Below are positions 18,429-19,423 of a DNA stretch of 19,423 nucleotides, one piece after another; the stretch's first letter is position 1; the number at the start of each line of letters is the position of its first letter. A program made the translations under genes and the position numbers. This DNA comes from Campylobacterota bacterium (GTDB lineage: Bacteria; Campylobacterota; Campylobacteria; Campylobacterales; Sulfurovaceae), in NCBI GenBank assembly GCA_034722955.1, contig JAYEOM010000035.1:1-19423 (forward strand). The letters run 5' to 3'. The notes beneath the pieces were generated by a model. It was not told the origin of the DNA. It saw only the letters and a program-made list of their open reading frames with translations, and made no database searches.

Positions 18429-18518
18429 TTTCAACCCGAACTATGCAATAAAATTGCTAAGATAGCATTTATGCTAAGTGCTAGTGTAGTAATCTCTATT
18501 GCATATTTCGGGTTCAAA
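18429..18518. repeat. About 90-nt imperfect palindrome (REP/MITE-like hairpin)
   Basis: AACCCGAACTATGCAATA (18433-18450) pairs with TATTGCATATTTCGGGTT (18497-18514) at 17 of 18 positions. Inner stems ATTGCTA/TAGTAAT and TAGCATTTA/TAAGTGCTA close a TGC loop. Confidence 0.85.
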
Positions 18519-18545
18519 CTACAAGCCCCCTACTTCAATCATACT

Positions 18546-18647
18546 ATGCCAATAAGACCAAGAGTTGATTTAGAGGGTGCGGTGCTTTCGCCCATACTTA
18601 CTGACAGAGTCAATAGACAATCTTTACAGTTGGGATGCTTTACCTAA
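18546..18647 (+). pseudogene. Possible N-terminal relic of a REP-associated (Y1) tyrosine transposase
   Basis: MPIRPRVDLEG…ILTDRVNRQ resembles the MPRxPRxDxxG…HxxNRGxNR start of this family (from recall). Stops after 33 aa. Confidence 0.4.
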
Positions 18648-18679
18648 AGAGATATACCGCTTCCGATACAATCCTTAGG
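18643..18679 (-). terminator. Stem-loop 9 nt downstream of the psd-like gene (possible terminator or 3' stabiliser)
   Basis: Minus strand CCTAAGGA-T-TGTATCG-GAAG-CGGTATA-TC-TCTTTAGG. G-U pairs form only on the minus strand. No U-tract follows. Confidence 0.45.
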
Positions 18680-18688
18680 CTCAATGTT

Positions 18689-19423
18689 TTACTTTGCACC
18701 CTTCATGGTGCCATAGGCTTCACCCATCAAAAGATGTTTGTAAGTATTTGCTTTATCAGGTGTTGTTGCACTCTCTTTGGATGCTATGATCTCAAATCCG
18801 GCCTTATCCTGGAAAAGCATCACAAAGTCAGATCCTCCAAAGAGGAAGTTTCCAAGCATATCACCTTTTTTGTGGATGATTCCCGGCTTGACGATCGCTT
18901 CGAAATTGACAGAAGAGACTTGTGCCATACCCATAGGGATCAATGCGACCAAACCGTATTTGCCGGTGTCTACCACAACAACACCTCTGGTTTGAGTGAA
19001 TTGCCAGCCTGTTGAGTCGATCGGGGCGTATTTGCCCTTTTTTGTATCCCAGACTACTTCCAGGGAGACATTTTTTACAATATTTTTGACCTCTTTGACC
19101 TCTCCGCCAACGGCAAAATGATAACGGTGATAGTCATTGACATCAAGAAAAGTATGTGTCAAGACACCATTGGCAAAGGCATCTTTATAGGGACTATCCT
19201 CACCGAGCAGATCTTTAACGCTATAGTAACTGGTAAGTTTGACTTTCAATCCGCCTTCTACTTTGATCTTGGACTCTTTGTCAATAGCCCATGTTCCCTG
19301 AGGCACAGAGTCTGCTGGTGCCACTACGATAGCTGGGTCATCTGCCGCAGCAATCGGTCTCATCTGCGGAGATTTCAGGTATCGACTAAAAAAGTCATTA
19401 AAAGTTTTCCAATTGCTCTCTGG
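18689..19423 (-). CDS. psd: Phosphatidylserine decarboxylase-family proenzyme (5'-partial, runs off the window)
   Basis: WKTFNDFFSR…RPI, VVAPADS, DYHRYHF, GMAQVSSV, KGDMLGNFLFGGSD (GGS self-cleavage site). Frame is open to the window edge. Confidence 0.88.
   Translation of the reverse strand, partial: PESNWKTFNDFFSRYLKSPQMRPIAAADDPAIVVAPADSVPQGTWAIDKESKIKVEGGLKVKLTSYYSVKDLLGEDSPYKDAFANGVLTHTFLDVNDYHRYHFAVGGEVKEVKNIVKNVSLEVVWDTKKGKYAPIDSTGWQFTQTRGVVVVDTGKYGLVALIPMGMAQVSSVNFEAIVKPGIIHKKGDMLGNFLFGGSDFVMLFQDKAGFEIIASKESATTPDKANTYKHLLMGEAYGTMKGAK

Noticed and set aside
18429..18518. Hairpin as an integron attC site or CRISPR repeat
   Set aside because: The ends (TTTCAAC / GTTCAAA) do not fit RYYYAAC/GTTRRRY well, it does not directly follow a same-strand cassette ORF, it is single-copy in the window, and there is no intI or cas gene.
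1017..19015. Many 60-175-aa alternative-frame and antisense ORFs in the track (e.g. 9533-10060, 3885-4217, 18635-19015)
   Set aside because: They overlap well-supported genes and show no motifs; they are shadow ORFs.

Overview
AT-rich chromosomal window. Gene content (frdCAB, mqnA, pglB, MoaD ending CGG, TATAAT/TACAAT-type promoters) points to Campylobacterota, most likely Sulfurovum-like; this is an inference. Gene order: partial ORF end; possible transposase C-terminal relic; DUF1287 protein (-); frdCAB; AT-rich GT-C-type membrane glycosyltransferase; NIT-like hybrid histidine kinase; gltX; dcd; mqnA (-); moaD-moaE-moeA; unannotated 32-aa ORF (-) divergent from a CI/LexA-like S24 repressor; zinc-finger-less DksA/TraR-like gene (-); pglB-pglC; SUI1 (-); an intergenic region with a 90-nt hairpin and a possible transposase N-terminal relic; partial phosphatidylserine decarboxylase (-). 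No rRNA, tRNA, CRISPR array or intact mobile element was seen. Most genes are housekeeping. The best leads are: (1) FrdC lacks the E-pathway glutamate; (2) an orphan CI-like repressor with a divergent micro-ORF outside any prophage; (3) the GT-C gene's DD motif lies upstream of its first ATG, in frame with frdB; (4) the DksA-like gene stops exactly at the repressor's stop codon; (5) the long palindrome next to possible tyrosine-transposase relics. All family assignments come from motif recognition by eye, not from database searches.
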